Assembly (NCBI GenBank): GCA_951406725.2
Contig: OX597831.1
Span: 14,198,001-14,262,000 of the forward strand
Length of the DNA stretch: 64,000 nt
Direction: 5' to 3'
Source of the DNA: Octopus vulgaris
Lineage: Eukaryota
Position 1 is the stretch's first letter, and every line of letters begins with the position of its first letter. Of the stretch, positions 12,042-26,125 are shown one piece after another. A program made the position numbers and the translations under genes. The notes under the pieces were generated by a model, which saw only the letters and a list, made by a program, of their open reading frames with translations, had not been told where the DNA came from and did not search any database.

Positions 12042-14918
12042 CCGGCAAGGTTGACTTTGCCTTTCATCCTTTCGGGGTCAATATATTAAGTACATGGAGT
12101 CAATCTAAGTGACCAGTCTGCTCACCACAAATTTGAAGCTTTGTGCCTCCAATAGAAAGGATTATTATTATTATTATTATTATTTGAAGAACTGGCTGCT
12201 ATTTCTAGCAAGTTGAGCAAGCAGTCTCTATAAAGGTACCCTGTTACCTCCACACAAAATAAATAAATAAATAAAAGAACAAATAAATTTTAAAATATTC
12301 TAAGCAAATTACTGTGATGTCTCAGTTTCCAGTAGTCATGTGCTGACCATTAACGGTTTCCTCCTCCGTAGAATGTTATCAGCAGATGTGGTGGGTGAGT
12401 GGGGTGGATGTTCATTGAATATCTGATACAAAACAGATGGGATGTAGTTAAGTAGAATTGCTAATGGAATTAATTTTGGTAATTAATTCAGCAAGACTTC
12501 TAAACAAATTAGTGTTATGTTACAAGGAATAATGGTTATTTTAATTTTTTAATCAGTATTTTTCTGAATATATATGTTCTTTTTTTTCTTTAAAAATATG
12601 GCCATGGGGTTCTAGCTTCAAGGCCACCGTGTGAGTATGTTGGTCAAGGGTCTTCTACCTTTGACCGTCCAAAAAGCCTCGTTGAGTTCATTTCGGTAAA
12701 CAGAAACTATGCTAAAGCCCATCATATGCTTCTCTCTCTCTCTCCCTCTCTCTCTTTCTCTCTCTCTCCCTCTCTCTCTCCCTCTCTCTCTCTCCCTCTC
12801 TCTCTCTCCCCCTCTCTCTCTTTCTCTCTTTCTCGATCTCTCCCTCTCACTCTCTCTCTGCAACTCTGCACACACACACACACACATGCACATGCACAAA
12901 CACACACATGTATATATCTTATAAGTTTACTTCCCAACCACATGGTTCCAGGTTCAGTCCCACTGTATGGCACCTTGGGCAAGTATCTTCTGCTATAGCC
13001 CTGAGCCAACTAGGGCTATCGTTGCGAACGGATTTGTTTGACTGAAGCTGAAAAACGCCTGTCATACACACACACAGAAGTATGTTTGTTCTCCACTACC
13101 GCCTGTGCTATTTATGGCCCCACCTGCAAGGTCAACGTGCTGTTTCTTTTGATATGTGTTTGCCATGTACACCATGTCACGCACATATGGTTGTGATGCA
13201 TGTGCCTGGTGTACCCTTATCAGGCAGGTAACCATGGTAGGTATACTGGGCTTCGTTTATTTTACCCCAGTGTCACTTTGATGTCATGCGTTGCTCTCTC
13301 ACCCAATAATGATGATGATGATGATGATGATGTTGATAATAATAATAATAATGGTTTCAAACTTTGGTACAAGGTCATTAATATTGGGGGAAGGGGGCGA
13401 GTCAATTATATCGACCCCAGTACTTATTTTATCGACCCTAAAACAGTGAAAGGCAAAGTTGACCTCAGCAGAATTTGAACTCGGAATGTAAAGACAGACA
13501 AAATGTCATGAAGCATTTCGCCTAGCATGCTAACCATTCTGCCAGCTCTCCGCCTGAGTAAGAATGATAATAATAACAGGCACAACAGTATCTTAACAAT
13601 AAATCTCTAGAATTATGATAGCACTTGTTTTGTTTAATGCTTATTATTTTGAGGATGTGAGAGGAGTTTCCTGTATCACCACAAACACTTATTAAATGGA
13701 CTTTTAACGCGCGTATTTATTATAATAACTTGCCCCTCGCATGATTTATTATTTGGCAAGCCCACAAGGGAGCCGCTACCTAGCCACTTGAAGTGCTAGA
13801 AATAGCAACCAAATCTCCCTACTATCTTGCCATAACAACATTTTCCTTTCATAGCAAAATATGCACCTAATTCAATAAAATTATGAAGGTTACTCTGATT
13901 ATTATGCATAAAATGCAAAGTATTTTATTTTTCTGTAGATTACATAGGCATAATTCACCCCTACCTTTCAGTCTCTGTATTTAAGCTATGCATAGTAGTA
14001 ATGCTGTAGTACACATGCTGCATACACTCCTACAACAATGTTTTCTTTATGCACTATAAAGGCAGAAGTAAATCTGCCTTCAACTCAGTCGCACACCTGT
14101 GTTTCGCTTACTTTTTGTGTGTTTTACTATACAAAGGTCACTGACTGCCTACCCTAAGTAATTACTGATGGCATGTGGGTATTTTTACGTGCCACTGGCA
14201 TGAGGGCTGGTCGGGCGGTTCTAGCAATGACCACGCTCAAAGGTGTTTTTACATGCTACCTGCACAGGTGCCAGTCCAGTGGCACTGGCAATGATTACGC
14301 TCGAATGTTGTTTTTCACGTGCCACCAGCACATGTACCGTTAAGGCGATGCTGGCAACAATCATGCTTGAATGGTGCTTTTCACGTGTCACCGGCACGGG
14401 AGCCAATCCGTGGCCCTGGCAACGATCACGCTTGGATATGTTTTTAACGTTCCACTGGCACGAGTACCAATCAGGCAGTACTGTCATCGGCCACGTCAGT
14501 GATTTTGATTTGTTTGCACTTGCCTCAATAGGTCTTTGCAAGCAAAGTTCATTGTCCAATGAATGGGGGGTACTCATAACTAGGTCGGTTACACCCCACG
14601 TTCTGATGAGCTGGTACCATCATTGGCCACGTCAGCAATTTTGATTTTGTTTCATCTCTAAATTAGACAAATATTTAATTTACTTATTACTAATTCAATG
14701 AAATACAGGTGCCTGTTCATTAGTAGGAATGGTTCAAGTTTATTTAGAGTATATTGCAGAGGATGTTGCAGTTTAGTGCTGCCCAGTAAACCAGTTTTGT
14801 TGATGCAGGAATTTGAAGTTCCGGCTTGTAAATTAGTGCCAATTCTAAGAGGTTCTGAACCACCTCTGTTCAGAAAATTAGTGTTGCACCTGTGTGTGTA
14901 TGTATGTATGTATGTGTG

Positions 14919-14951
<33 letters not shown>

Positions 14952-15191
14952 TTGTCCATCCAACCCATGCCAGCATGGAAAACAGATGTTAAATGATGAT
15001 GATGATGTGTATATTTACATATATTTTTACTTACATATGTATATATGCCTATATCTATCTATCCATATATATATATATATATAAAGAGAGAGAGAGAGAA
15101 AGTAATTGATAGAGAGCTTAATAGATAAATATATATACATATAATGCATATATATGTATGTATATATATATATATATATATATGTGTATAA

Positions 15192-15570
15192 AGGAGTGGC
15201 TGTGTGGTAAGTAGCTTGCTTACCAACCACATGGTTCCATGTTCAGTCCCACTGCGTGGCACCCTGGGCAAGTGTCTTCTATAGCCTCAGGCAAACCAAA
15301 GCCTTGTGAGTGGATTTGGTACACGGAAACTGAAAGAAGCCTGTCGTATATATGTATGTGTGTCTGTGTTTGTCCCCCCAACATTGTGTTACAACCGATG
15401 CTGGCATGTTTATGTCCCCCGTAACTTAGCGGTTTGGCAAAAGGGACCGATAGAATAAGTACTAGGCTTACAAAGAATAAGTCCTGGAGTTGATTTGCTT
15501 GACTAAAGGCGATACTCCGGCATGGCCACAGTCAAATGATTGAAACAAGTAAAAGAAAAATAGGAAAGAA
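15192..15570 (+). mobile_element. SINE family A copy
   Basis: Colinear similarity to 11240-11633 and 22077-22505. Confidence 0.85.
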
Positions 15571-15591
15571 TATAGACATAGATAGATAGAT

Positions 15592-15927
15592 GACCCCCTT
15601 CGGTCAGACACTGACCATGGGTTTGCACCTAGAGAGTTACCCTCTGAGGCACAAGTCTGGGCAAGGTTGTTTTATGGAAGACCAGCAGTCGCCCATGCAT
15701 ACCGGCCTCCCCTCTCCACGTCACCGATGTTGTCCAAGGGAAAGCCAAGGGCCGATACAGCTTGGCACCTGTGATGTCGCAACTCATTTCTACAGCTGAG
15801 TGAACTGGAGCAACGTGAAATAAAGTGTCTTGCTCAAGAACACAACACGCAGCCCGGTCCGAGATTCGAGCTCACAACCTCACAATCGTAAGCTCGACGC
15901 TCTAACCACTGAGCCACGCGCCTTCAC
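15592..15927 (-). mobile_element. tRNA-headed CORE-like SINE family E
   Basis: Reverse complement of 56119-56438; tggctcagtggttagagc head, ttcttgagcaagacactt segment; partial copy at 62066-62231(-). Confidence 0.85.
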
Positions 15928-15967
15928 TAGATAGATAGACTGATGCATACATACATACATACATACA

Positions 15968-16270
15968 CTTTTACTTGTTTCAGTCATTTGACTGTGGCCA
16001 TGCTGGAGCACCACCTTTTAGTCGAGCAAATCGACCCCAGGACTTATTCTTTGTAAGCCCAGTACTTATTCTATTGGTCTCTTTTGCCGAACCACTAAGT
16101 GTCGGGGACATAAACACACTAGCATCGGTTGTCAAGCAATGCTAGGGGGACAAACACATACACACACATATATATATATACATATATACGACAGGCTTCT
16201 TTCAGTTTCTGTCTACCAAATCCACTCACAAGGCATTGGTCGGCCCGGGGCTATAGCAGAAGACACTCGC
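15968..16270 (-). mobile_element. SINE family A copy, 5'-truncated
   Basis: Reverse complement of the family A body and tail. Confidence 0.8.
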
Positions 16271-16777
16271 CATAAGAGTAAAATGGTGTTATGAATGGTT
16301 GTAATTTAAGTGTGTTTGTTCATTGTTGGCCCAGGGCTAAACAAGCTCCAAGACAGTAACAACAACAACAACAATGGCAAAACAATTAATTTTAGTTTAT
16401 GTTAAAGATTGATTAATATACGAGTTTCATTAAGAGGTTAGTTAATATTTAATCGATTCCATGTGAAGTGGTAACAGTTAGCACCTCGTGTGGCACATGG
16501 GGCGATTAGCTGCCAGAACTGCCCCTCGCTACTCCCTCTCTGCCTTCATCTGCCATGCAAGCTAAGAGCAAGTTTGGTACCTGTAGCTGCTATCATGTAT
16601 ATTAAGAAATAAATCCCTGCAGTCAGTTATTTAGTGATGCCATTGACTTGAAGGCGGACAGGTTGGTGTGGTCGTTGAAGCTTATATACGGCCTCATAGC
16701 TTGCTAGAAATAGCAGCCAAATTTTGTCTACCACACACTGTAGAGTCAGTAATGGAGGTAAAAAAAAAGAATGTATA

Positions 16778-17175
16778 ACCACATGGTTCTGGGTTCAGTC
16801 CTGCTGCATGGCATCTTGGGCAAGTGTTTTCTACTATAGCCTCGGGCTGACCAAAGCCCTGTGAGTGGATTTGGTAAACGGAAACTGAAAGAAGCCCCTC
16901 GTATATGTATGTGTGTATATGTGTGTGTATGTGTGCGTGTGTGTGTGTGTGTGTATGTGTGTGTATGTGTGTGCATGTGTGTGTATGTTTATGTTTATTC
17001 CCCCACCATCGCTTGACAACTGATGCTGGTTTGTTTATGCCCCCGTAACTTAGCGGTTCGGCAAAAGAGATAGGCTTACAAAGAATAAGTCCAGGGATCG
17101 ATTTGTTCGACTAAAAGCAGTGCTTCAGTATGACCGCAGTCAAATGACTGAAACAAGTAAAAGAATAAAAGAATA
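16778..17175 (+). mobile_element. SINE family A copy, head partly missing
   Basis: From aaccacatggttc to gaaacaagtaaaagaataaaagaa. Confidence 0.8.
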
Positions 17176-19284
17176 TATAGTTTGGGGTTCAGTCCCACTG
17201 TGTAACACTTTGAGCAAAAGTCTTTGTCGAGGTGGACTTTGCCTTTCATCCTTTGAGTACTGGGGTCGATGTTGTCGACTATTCCCCTCCCCCAAATTTC
17301 AGGCCTTTTGCCTATAATAGAAAGGATTATAGTCTTATGTCAACCAAAGGCTTGTGAGTGGATTTGATAGATGGAAACTGAGAGAAGCCTCTCGTGTGTG
17401 TGCGTGTGTTTGATGGCTGTAAATAAGCATCACCATCATACAAGCAATGCTTTTTGTTCCCGGCCTTCCCTGAGAAACATGTCTGGCTAAGGGGGAAATA
17501 TGACCTCACATGGAAACCAGTGAGAGTTGGTGACAGGGAAGGCATCCAGCTGTAGAAGACTTGCCTCAAGAAATTTCATTTGAGCCATGCAAGAATGGAA
17601 AAGTGGACGTTGCTGAGGGACAATGTTTCTGAGAGGAAAAAGAGAAAAAAAATGGTATGGTTGTTCTTGACTGGAATGTCTTTGGACTTCGCTCTGCTTG
17701 ATCCAGAGTTAAATTACTTTGGTCACATATTCTGTGTTTAGGCATTAAAAAGGAAGGACGTGGGAGGGGGTGCATTGAATTGTAGAAAATGGGGACGGGG
17801 TGTCGAAAAAGTGTCCGTAAAAAATGAAAGAGAATCTGCCTCTTCATCACCATCAACATCAACATCATCATCACCTTCATCATCATCATCCTCGTCATTT
17901 AATATCTGTTTTCCATGCTGGCATGGGTTGGACGATTCGACAGGAGCTGGCGAATCCGGAGAGCTGCACCAGACACCAATTGTCTCCCATGGCATGGTTT
18001 CTACAGCTGGGTGCCAGGGATGGTAGCTGAAAATTCTTGAGAAGTGCTGCTCTACATGGCCATGTACGCTGCTATAAATAACAGCTACCCCTCCCTCAAA
18101 TCAAGTTCCTCTCCCCACCCCTCGCAACATCTCAGGGAAAGGAACACTTTGGTCAATGTGATCCTGGGTTCTGTTAACTTGAGAAAATGACAGGATGGTC
18201 ACAGCAGGGAATAGCTAAGATCATAAGTCTCTGCTTGATCAGGATTGACCTGGGGCTAAACAACAACATCCACTCCACTTCCCTTTTCTCTCCCCTCCAC
18301 TAACCATGCTCCTGAAACCACCCCTCTCTTGTCACTGTCACCACCACCACCACCACCACTACTATTACCACCACCTCCACCACTACCGCAACCAATACCA
18401 TCACCACCACTACTATCACGGGCCTCAGCCACCACTACCACCATGACCATCACCACCCATAAATCTGTCAGGTGTGTTCATAGATGTTTAGTTTCTCCAA
18501 ACTAATGATTTATTGGTCAGTGTTGGGGACGTTTAGGGGTGATGTAGGGCAGGGGTACGGAGGGGAGGATGGGATGAGCCCTGAGCAGATGTGGTGTAGC
18601 ATGGAGGGATTAAATAGGTAGGGATTAGTGGTGGTGGTGGCGGGGAGAATCTGTGCTGAGGAATGTGTAGTAGTAGTGGTGGTGGCGGCAGTGCTGCTGC
18701 TGCTGGTGGTGGTGGTGGTAGTAGTAGTGGCAGTAGTAGTAATGGTGGTGGTGGTTGCAGTTGCAGTGGTAGTCTTAGGAGTTGTGGTTGCGATGGTAGT
18801 AGTAATGCCGGTAGCATTAGCAGTAATAGTGGCAGGGGGCAGCGCTGGTAGTGGTGGTAGTCTTAGAAGTAGTAGTAGTAGTAGTGATTGTGGTGGTTAA
18901 TGTGGTTAGCCCCCCCCCCCCCCCCGATTGCTTTCATACAGATTCTCTGATAGATATCGATCAGCACTCCCCTACATTAATTTCTTCTGTTCTCCAGGGC
19001 CCCACCCCCTCAGGCCTGCTCTCCCCTCCCTCTCCCCTCCCTCTCCCCTCCCTCTCCCTTTTCTATCACCACTTTCTAATGGTCTCAGTGTTCCTGATTG
19101 ATTGATTGATCAAACAGTCTTGTAATCAATACAGTTCTTATTCATTGACCTTTTATCACCTTCAATCAAACTGTCTTTTGATCAGTATTATAATCATGTT
19201 ATTTTATTGTTGTAGTTGTTGCTGTTGTTTAACCCGGGGTCAGGTTTGATTGAGTGAGTCTATGATCAATATTAAGGTTATCTT

Positions 19285-19955
19285 GAAGGCGGCGAGATGG
19301 CAGAAACGTTAGCACACCGGGCAAAAGGCTTAGCTGCATTTTGTCTATCTTATGTTCTGTGTTCAAATTCTGCCAAGGCTGACTTTGCATTTCATCCTTT
19401 CAGGGTCGATAAATTAAGTACCAGTTATGCACTGGGGTCAATGTAATCGACTTAATCCCTTTGTCTGTCCTTGTTTGTCCCCTCTATGTTTAGCCCCCCT
19501 GTGGGCAACAAAGAAATGAGAAACTTTAGCATGCTGGGCGAAATGCATAGTGGTGTTTCATCTGTCTTTACGTTCCGAGTTCAAATTCTGCCGAGGCTGA
19601 CTTTGCCTTTCATCCTTTCAGGGTCAATAAATTAAGTATCAGTTGTTTACTGGGATCAATCTAAATGACTGGCCCCCTGTCACAAAGATTTCGGGCCTTG
19701 TACCTAGAGCAGAAAAGAATATTAAGGTTGTCTTAAGGTGGTGGGCTGGTAGAAACATTAACACACCGGGCAAAAGGCTTAGCGGTATTTTGTCTGTCTT
19801 TATGTTCTGAGTTCAAATTCCACCAAAGTTGAGTTTGTTTTTTATCGTTTCATTGGTCAATAAAACATCTCCCAGTTGGGTACTGTGGTGGGGGTGATGT
19901 AATTGACTGCCTCCCCTCCTCTTAAATTGCTGGCCTTGTGCTAAAATTTGAACTC
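19285..19955 (+). mobile_element. Three tandem copies of SINE family C
   Basis: Head ggcggcgag.tggcagaaacgttagc...gagttcaaattc, central gactttgcctttcatcctttc.gggtcgataaattaagtaccag (resembles the Meta-type SINE domain). Other copies at ~9060-9200(-), 12040-12160(+), 13350-13555(-), 23745-23973(+), 23995-24117(-), 39038-39225(-), 41810-41973(+), 53725-53940(-), 58970-59227 and 59750-59962(+). Confidence 0.82.
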
Positions 19956-20886
19956 AGTGTCATGGTTATCTCGTGTTGCCATTGTTTAACCCCAGGTCAT
20001 CTTTGGTCAAGCAGACCTATGATGAAAGGCATTCCAGCTGTGACCATCCTGTCGTTTTTTTCCTTTTGCCTACCATATTATTCTGCATTGTTCAATGCAT
20101 CCTTCATTTATTTTTGTTTCAGTCATTAGACTGTGGCCATGCTGGGGCAATGCTTTGAAGAATTCTTGGTCAAATAAATCGACGCCAGTTCTTCTTTGTG
20201 TTAAGCCTGGTCCTTTTTCTGCCAGTCTCTTTTGCCGAACCACTAAGTTACAGGTGTGCAAACAAAACCAACACCAAACTGGAGAGCTGCACCAGGTTCC
20301 AGTCTGATGTGTGTATGCTCACGCACATGTGTGTCCGTGTGTCTGTGTGTGAGTGATGCTGCTGATGAAGATGGTGGTTGTAGTGGTGATGGTGGTGGGT
20401 GAAGATGATGAAAGATAGGGATTAGGATAATCAACCTATTTATCTTGCGTTCAAAAGTAGGTGTCACTATGAAGAGATGATCAATAGTATTGATGGTGTT
20501 GCTAGGCCATTATTTATCAATACGTTTGATTGGTTTGTAAACTGGGCTGTTTGTTAAGATGTTAAGATATCACGCATTTAATATCACAGACAATCGACGT
20601 GTGTGGCGGTGTGTATGTGTGGAGGTGTGTGTAAAGATATGTGTGTGTATGTGTATTTGCGAGTAAAGTGTTTATATTGGGTGTTTGTATATGTGTATTA
20701 TTGTATTTGCTTATGTTTTTCTGTGTATGCATAGATGAGTATGTATGGGCGTGTATATGTTTGTGTAAATATGTTGGTATGTGTATGTGTGTCTGTGTAT
20801 GGGTATGTGTGTATGAAAATGCATGTATGTCTGAGTGTGTGTGTATGTGAGGAGTTTTGCAAGTGTAGTGTAAATACAGTGTTTAT

Positions 20887-21273
20887 TGTCATGGCACTCC
20901 GTTGGTTACGACGTCAAGGGTTCCAGTTGATCCGATCAATGGAACAGACTGCTCGTGAAATTAAGTTGCAAGTGGCTGAGCACTCCACAGACATGTGTAT
21001 CCTTAATGGAGTTCTTGGAGAGATTCAGCAAGACACAGACTGTGACAAGGCTGACCCCTTTGAAATACAGGTATAACAGAAACAGGAAGAAAGAGTGAGA
21101 GAAAGTTGTGGTGAAAGAGTTCAGCATGGTTCGCCACCACCCCCTGCCAGATTCTGGTGGAGCTTTAGGTGTTTTCGCTCAATAAACACTCACAACGCCC
21201 AGTCTGGGGATCGAAACTGCGATCCTACGACCACGCGTCTGCTGCCATAACCACTGGGCCATTGTGCCACCAT
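20887..21273 (-). mobile_element. tRNA-headed SINE family D with ~17-bp TSD
   Basis: Reverse complement of 38381-38760; TSD gtaa(a/g)tacagtgtttat at 20870-20886 and 21274-21290. Confidence 0.85.
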
Positions 21274-21673
21274 GTAAGTACAGTGTTTATATATACACAT
21301 GTATTGATGTATGCACACATGAGTGTATATTTATGCATGAGTGCTAATGTGTGTATGTGATATATATCTTTTGTTTCAATCATCAGGCAGTGGCCATGCT
21401 GGGGCACTGCCTTCAAGAACTGAAGTCAAACAAATCAACCCCACTTCAGTACATTTTCTTTAAAGCTTGTTACTTATTCTATCAGACCCTTTTGGCCAAC
21501 CACTAAGTGACAGGGATGTCATCATTGCCAACATTGGTTGTCAAGCGGTGGTGCAGGACACCACACACACACACACATACACACACGCACGCTCACACAC
21601 ACACACACACACACACATGCATGCACTTATATTCATTTCTTGGAAACGATAAATTACTGAGTATTCTTTAATA

Positions 21674-21970
21674 CTGTGGTTCCAAAACATTTTCAGGCTG
21701 CCACCCCCTTGACACCCATGCCACATTCTTACTACCCCCATCGCAACTAACCATCACAAACATAGACCTCTTTCTGAAGCAAATTCAAAGCAACTGTATT
21801 CCACAAATAAAACTTAGCCTAATCAGCCCTTTATTATGTTGTTTTTACGTGAATCGCACCCCCATTATTACCTCAATTTTTACAGGAATCGCTACCCTGT
21901 TATCGCCCCACTTATCTTGGAACTTTCCACTGCCCCTGGAGGGTAACGCCACCCACTTTGGGAATCACTG
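21674..21970. mobile_element. hAT-type MITE
   Basis: Termini ctgtggttccaaaac / tttgggaatcactg (CAGTGGTTCCCAAA-type) with 8-bp TSD ctttaata/ttttaata (one mismatch). Confidence 0.7.
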
Positions 21971-22076
21971 TTTTAATACTTTATAACTGAACGAACCCTT
22001 TTTCCAGTCGCAGGGGTTACTCATTTCTGATCCTCAGCTGGTAATCTGAGCTTGTATGCTTTTGAAATATTCACAA

Positions 22077-22241
22077 GGCGTAGGAGTGGCTGTGTGGTAA
22101 GTAGCTTGCTTACGAACCACATGGTTCCAGGTTCAGTCCCACTGCGTTGCACCTTAGGCAAGTGTCTTCTGCTATAGCCTCGGGCCAACCAATGCCTTGT
22201 GCGTGGATTTGGTAGACGGAAACTTAAAAAGAAGCCCGTCT

Positions 22242-22286
<45 letters not shown>

Positions 22287-22505
22287 ATGTCTGTGTGTCT
22301 GTGTTTGTCTCCCCAACATTGCTTGACAACCGATGCTGGAGTGTTTACGTCCCCGTAACTTAGCGGTTCGGCAAAAGAGACCGATAGAATAAGTATTAGG
22401 GTTACGAAGAATAAGTCCTGGGGTCAATTTACTCGACTACAGGCGGTGCTCCAGCATGGTCTCAGTCAAATGACTGAAACAAGTAAAAGAGTAAAAGAGT
22501 AAAGT
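22077..22505 (+). mobile_element. SINE family A, full length
   Basis: Complete head, ccttaggcaagt (CORE-like) segment, internal microsatellite and tail. Confidence 0.88.
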
Positions 22506-23124
22506 AACCCTGAATACTTGAAAAAGCAGCCGTTCAGTTATAAAGTATCAAAAAATACTCTTACACTTGTATTGAGTCCTCTAATTTATTGCTTCTGAGA
22601 AATGAATGTGTGTGTGTGTGTGTGCTCACCTCTGCATGTACGTCTGTGTTTATTACATGCTCCTCCATTGCTTGATGTCTGGTGTTAGTTTGTTTATGTC
22701 CCTGTAACTCCGCAGTTTGGTGAAAGGAGGTGTTAGAGTAAATGTTAATCTTTAAAAATTAAGTGCTAAGGGAGTGTGTGTGTGTGTGCTTGAGTGTGTG
22801 TTGTGCATGTATGTGTATGCGTGAGTGTATGTGTGTGTGTATGGAAGTATGTGTGCTTGTGCATGTGTGTGTGTTTGTGTGTGAATGTGTCTGTTTGTGC
22901 ACGTGATTATGTGTGTCTATGTGCATATGTCTCTGTGTGTATGTGTGTGTGTCAATGTTTGTGTGTGTGTGATTATTTGTGTGTATGTGTCTGTGAGAGA
23001 GTGTGTGTGTATGTGTGTATCTTTGTGTGTGAATGTGTCTATGTTTGCGCATGTGTGTGAATGTGCATGTGTCTGCATGAGAGAGAGAGAGAGTGTGTGA
23101 CTGTGAGTATGTTTGTGTGTGTAT

Positions 23125-23158
<34 letters not shown>

Positions 23159-23289
23159 CTGTGTCTGTGTGAGTATATTTATGTGTGTGTGCGTATGTTT
23201 TCTTGTCTTGGCATCATGTGATGGTCCTCAACAAGTGCTCCTATCACACAAGCATTGCCCTTTGTTTCCGGTCCTCCATGAAAAGCATA

Positions 23290-23716
23290 TCAGGACAACT
23301 CGTCGCAGGTCCCGTATCCTGGTGGCAGTCTTGGAATTCTTGATACGAAGCGGTGGCATCCCTCTCCGCTGATTACAATACTTTCAACACCAAAGTTTGG
23401 TACGTGACCTTCCGGGATTTTCTAGATGTATATCACTGCATTTCACTGCCACCATCATTTTAGGAAATAGAATCTCAACATTTCGAACCTCTCCCAAAAG
23501 CTGACATGTAACAGTGAGACAACCATCTTTGCATAACTTCGCTGGAATGCTTCAAGTTCCGTCGTTAATATTGCACTGTGTGGTGGCCATAGTTGGGAGC
23601 AGTTTCCTGAGAAACAGAGTACATAGGCCTTCCAGGGGATCATCATGGTTTCCTATCTTCTTGTTTCTGGAAGTTCTAAGTTTCCATCCAACCAGCCATC
23701 TTCATTTTATTTCTAA
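23290..23716 (-). mobile_element. Old CR1-like LINE fragment (post-RT C-terminal region)
   Basis: Minus translation GW..LRT...MMIPWKAYVL...CSQLWPP...ELEAFQR...SFWERFEMLRFY...IYI*KIPEGHVPN matches the pattern LEYCSQLWSP/LE.vQR/YWERL/IY.WKI.EG.VPN of invertebrate CR1-group LINEs; has stops and frameshifts. Confidence 0.7.
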
Positions 23717-24186
23717 TTTAGTGATACTGTTAGTAAAGGCAGAAACGTTAGCATGGCAGAAACGTTAGCATGCCGGGCAAAATGCTTAGCGGTATTTCGT
23801 CTGCCAATACGTTCTGAGTTCAAATTCCGCCGAGGTTGACTTTGCCTTTCATCTTTTCGGGGTCGATAAAATAAGTACCAGTTATGCACTGAGGTTGATG
23901 TAATCGACTTAATCCCTTCGTCTGTCCATATTTGTCCCCTTTATGTTTAGCCCCTTGTGGCAATAAAGAAATAAATTTAAAAATACTTAATTCATCTGCC
24001 CTGAAAGAATGAAAGGCAAAGTTGACCTCAGCAGAATTTGAACTCAGAACATAAAGACAGATGAAGTACCACTAAGCATTTTGCCTGGCATGCTAACGTG
24101 TCTGCCAGCTCGCAGCCTGAATACTGTTGATGATTGTGATAATAATGGTGGAGGTGATGGCGTTGATGATGATGATGATGATGATT

Positions 24187-24225
<39 letters not shown>

Positions 24226-24291
24226 GTGATGATGGATGAAGAGATTGTGACAGAAATATGCTGACATTTTGAAGTGGTGGTGGTGATGATG

Positions 24292-24323
<32 letters not shown>

Positions 24324-24672
24324 GATAATGTTGATGGGGATAGTGGTGGTGGTGATGACAAGGGCAATGATGCTAATGATGATGACAGTGATAACTAAAT
24401 GAATTCTTTTTGCTGACGAACATCCCCAGTAGGTGTCTCTGATTCTCATTTTGATGTTTTATTCTTCTTAAAAGCAGTTTTGCTTCTCTGACTGTTTTGT
24501 CATCACTGGACAGTGGTCAATATGTTTATAGAATGATGCCCCCCCTCCCCTACCCCCCCCTGCATTTCATGCACCAGCTATAACTATTGTTATTAATTGG
24601 TTTTCAGCCATTGTAACTGTAAAACTAATCATTAATTGATCTGGTGGTTTGTTTATCCACAAACATTCATAC

Positions 24673-24743
<71 letters not shown>

Positions 24744-24813
24744 CTTATTTATTTATTTATTTATTTATTTATGTTTTATATATATATGTATGAATGTCTG
24801 TATGTATTTTTAT

Positions 24814-24844
<31 letters not shown>

Positions 24845-24847
24845 CAT

Positions 24848-24896
<49 letters not shown>

Positions 24897-25133
24897 TATA
24901 TATATGTGTGTGTGTGCATGTACTTTTGCTAGTAATGACTCACTCCATTGCTATTGTCCGTTGCACAAACGTTTCACGAGGTGACAAAAGAATTCTTTCT
25001 TTTGTTCCCCGGTCGTGTGCATGCACATGCCAAACGTGGAGTGGAGTGAGTCGACTACAAATGATTCAATAAATCTTCTATATACACTAAGTTCACACAT
25101 ACACGTGTGTGTGTGTCTATATATATACGCATA

Positions 25134-25174
<41 letters not shown>

Positions 25175-25914
25175 GATTAGAGGTTGTGTTGACCTCATGA
25201 AGGGATGGTTTCATCCAAAAGAATAATAGTGCAATACCTATATATATATATATCTATATATCTATCTATCTATCTATATATGTATTATATGTGTGTGTGT
25301 ATGTGTGTGTGTGTATACATACATATATATATAGCATGTTATCTCCTTTGTATGCCCACACCTTGAATACTGCTGCCCCTTGTGGTCCCCCCATACAAAA
25401 CAAATTGTCTTGAATATTAAATCACCCCAGAGGGCATGCACTAAAAGAAATTAAGGGCCTGACTGATCTCGATTACTGGGACCTTCTTAAAGCCTTGAAA
25501 CTCTCCTCTCTCCAGCTCCGCTGGTAGTGGTACATCATTTGGTACTCTTAATTCCTCCATGTTATAATTAGTTATGTTTAGTGTACCAATTCTACCATAT
25601 TACCCTTCATGGATGCAAACGTACAGACATGGCGTCTGTTGTTTAAGAATATCATTTCGAAGCATTTTCATTTCATTTCGTCGCCACTCCACGGTGCCTA
25701 CTTTGGTTTTGTATTGTCCACCATAGACGTAGACTGACCAACACCTTGTTAGTAGAAGGAGGTCAACAGAAATGGTGCTGTAGCCCACTGTGTGCATGGA
25801 TGTGTGGTTGAGATGGTTGCTTCCCAACAACGGAAACTTGGGTTCAAGTTGACCAAACCCTTGTGAGTATATCTGCTGGATGTATACAGAAGGAAGACCA
25901 TTGTTGTACATGTA

Positions 25915-26093
25915 CATGTGTGTGTGTGCATGCGTGTGTGTATGCGTGTGTCTCTGTGCATGTGTGTGTTCGTGTGTGTGTGTGTGTGCATTTGCGTTTG
26001 TGTGTGTGTGTGTGCATGGTTGTGTGTTTGTGAATGTGTGCGTGTCTGTGTTTGTGTGTGTATTTGTGTGCTTGTGCATGGGTGTGTGTTTGT

Positions 26094-26125
<32 letters not shown>

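Noticed and set aside
14603-14660. CTGATGAG as a hammerhead core
   Set aside because: No downstream stem II-GAAA-NUH; part of a family B leader on the minus strand.
14660-14885. Possible hAT remnant (also a tttgagaaacactg end near 57025-57038)
   Set aside because: Only one terminus-like motif in each case, with no matching TIR or TSD.
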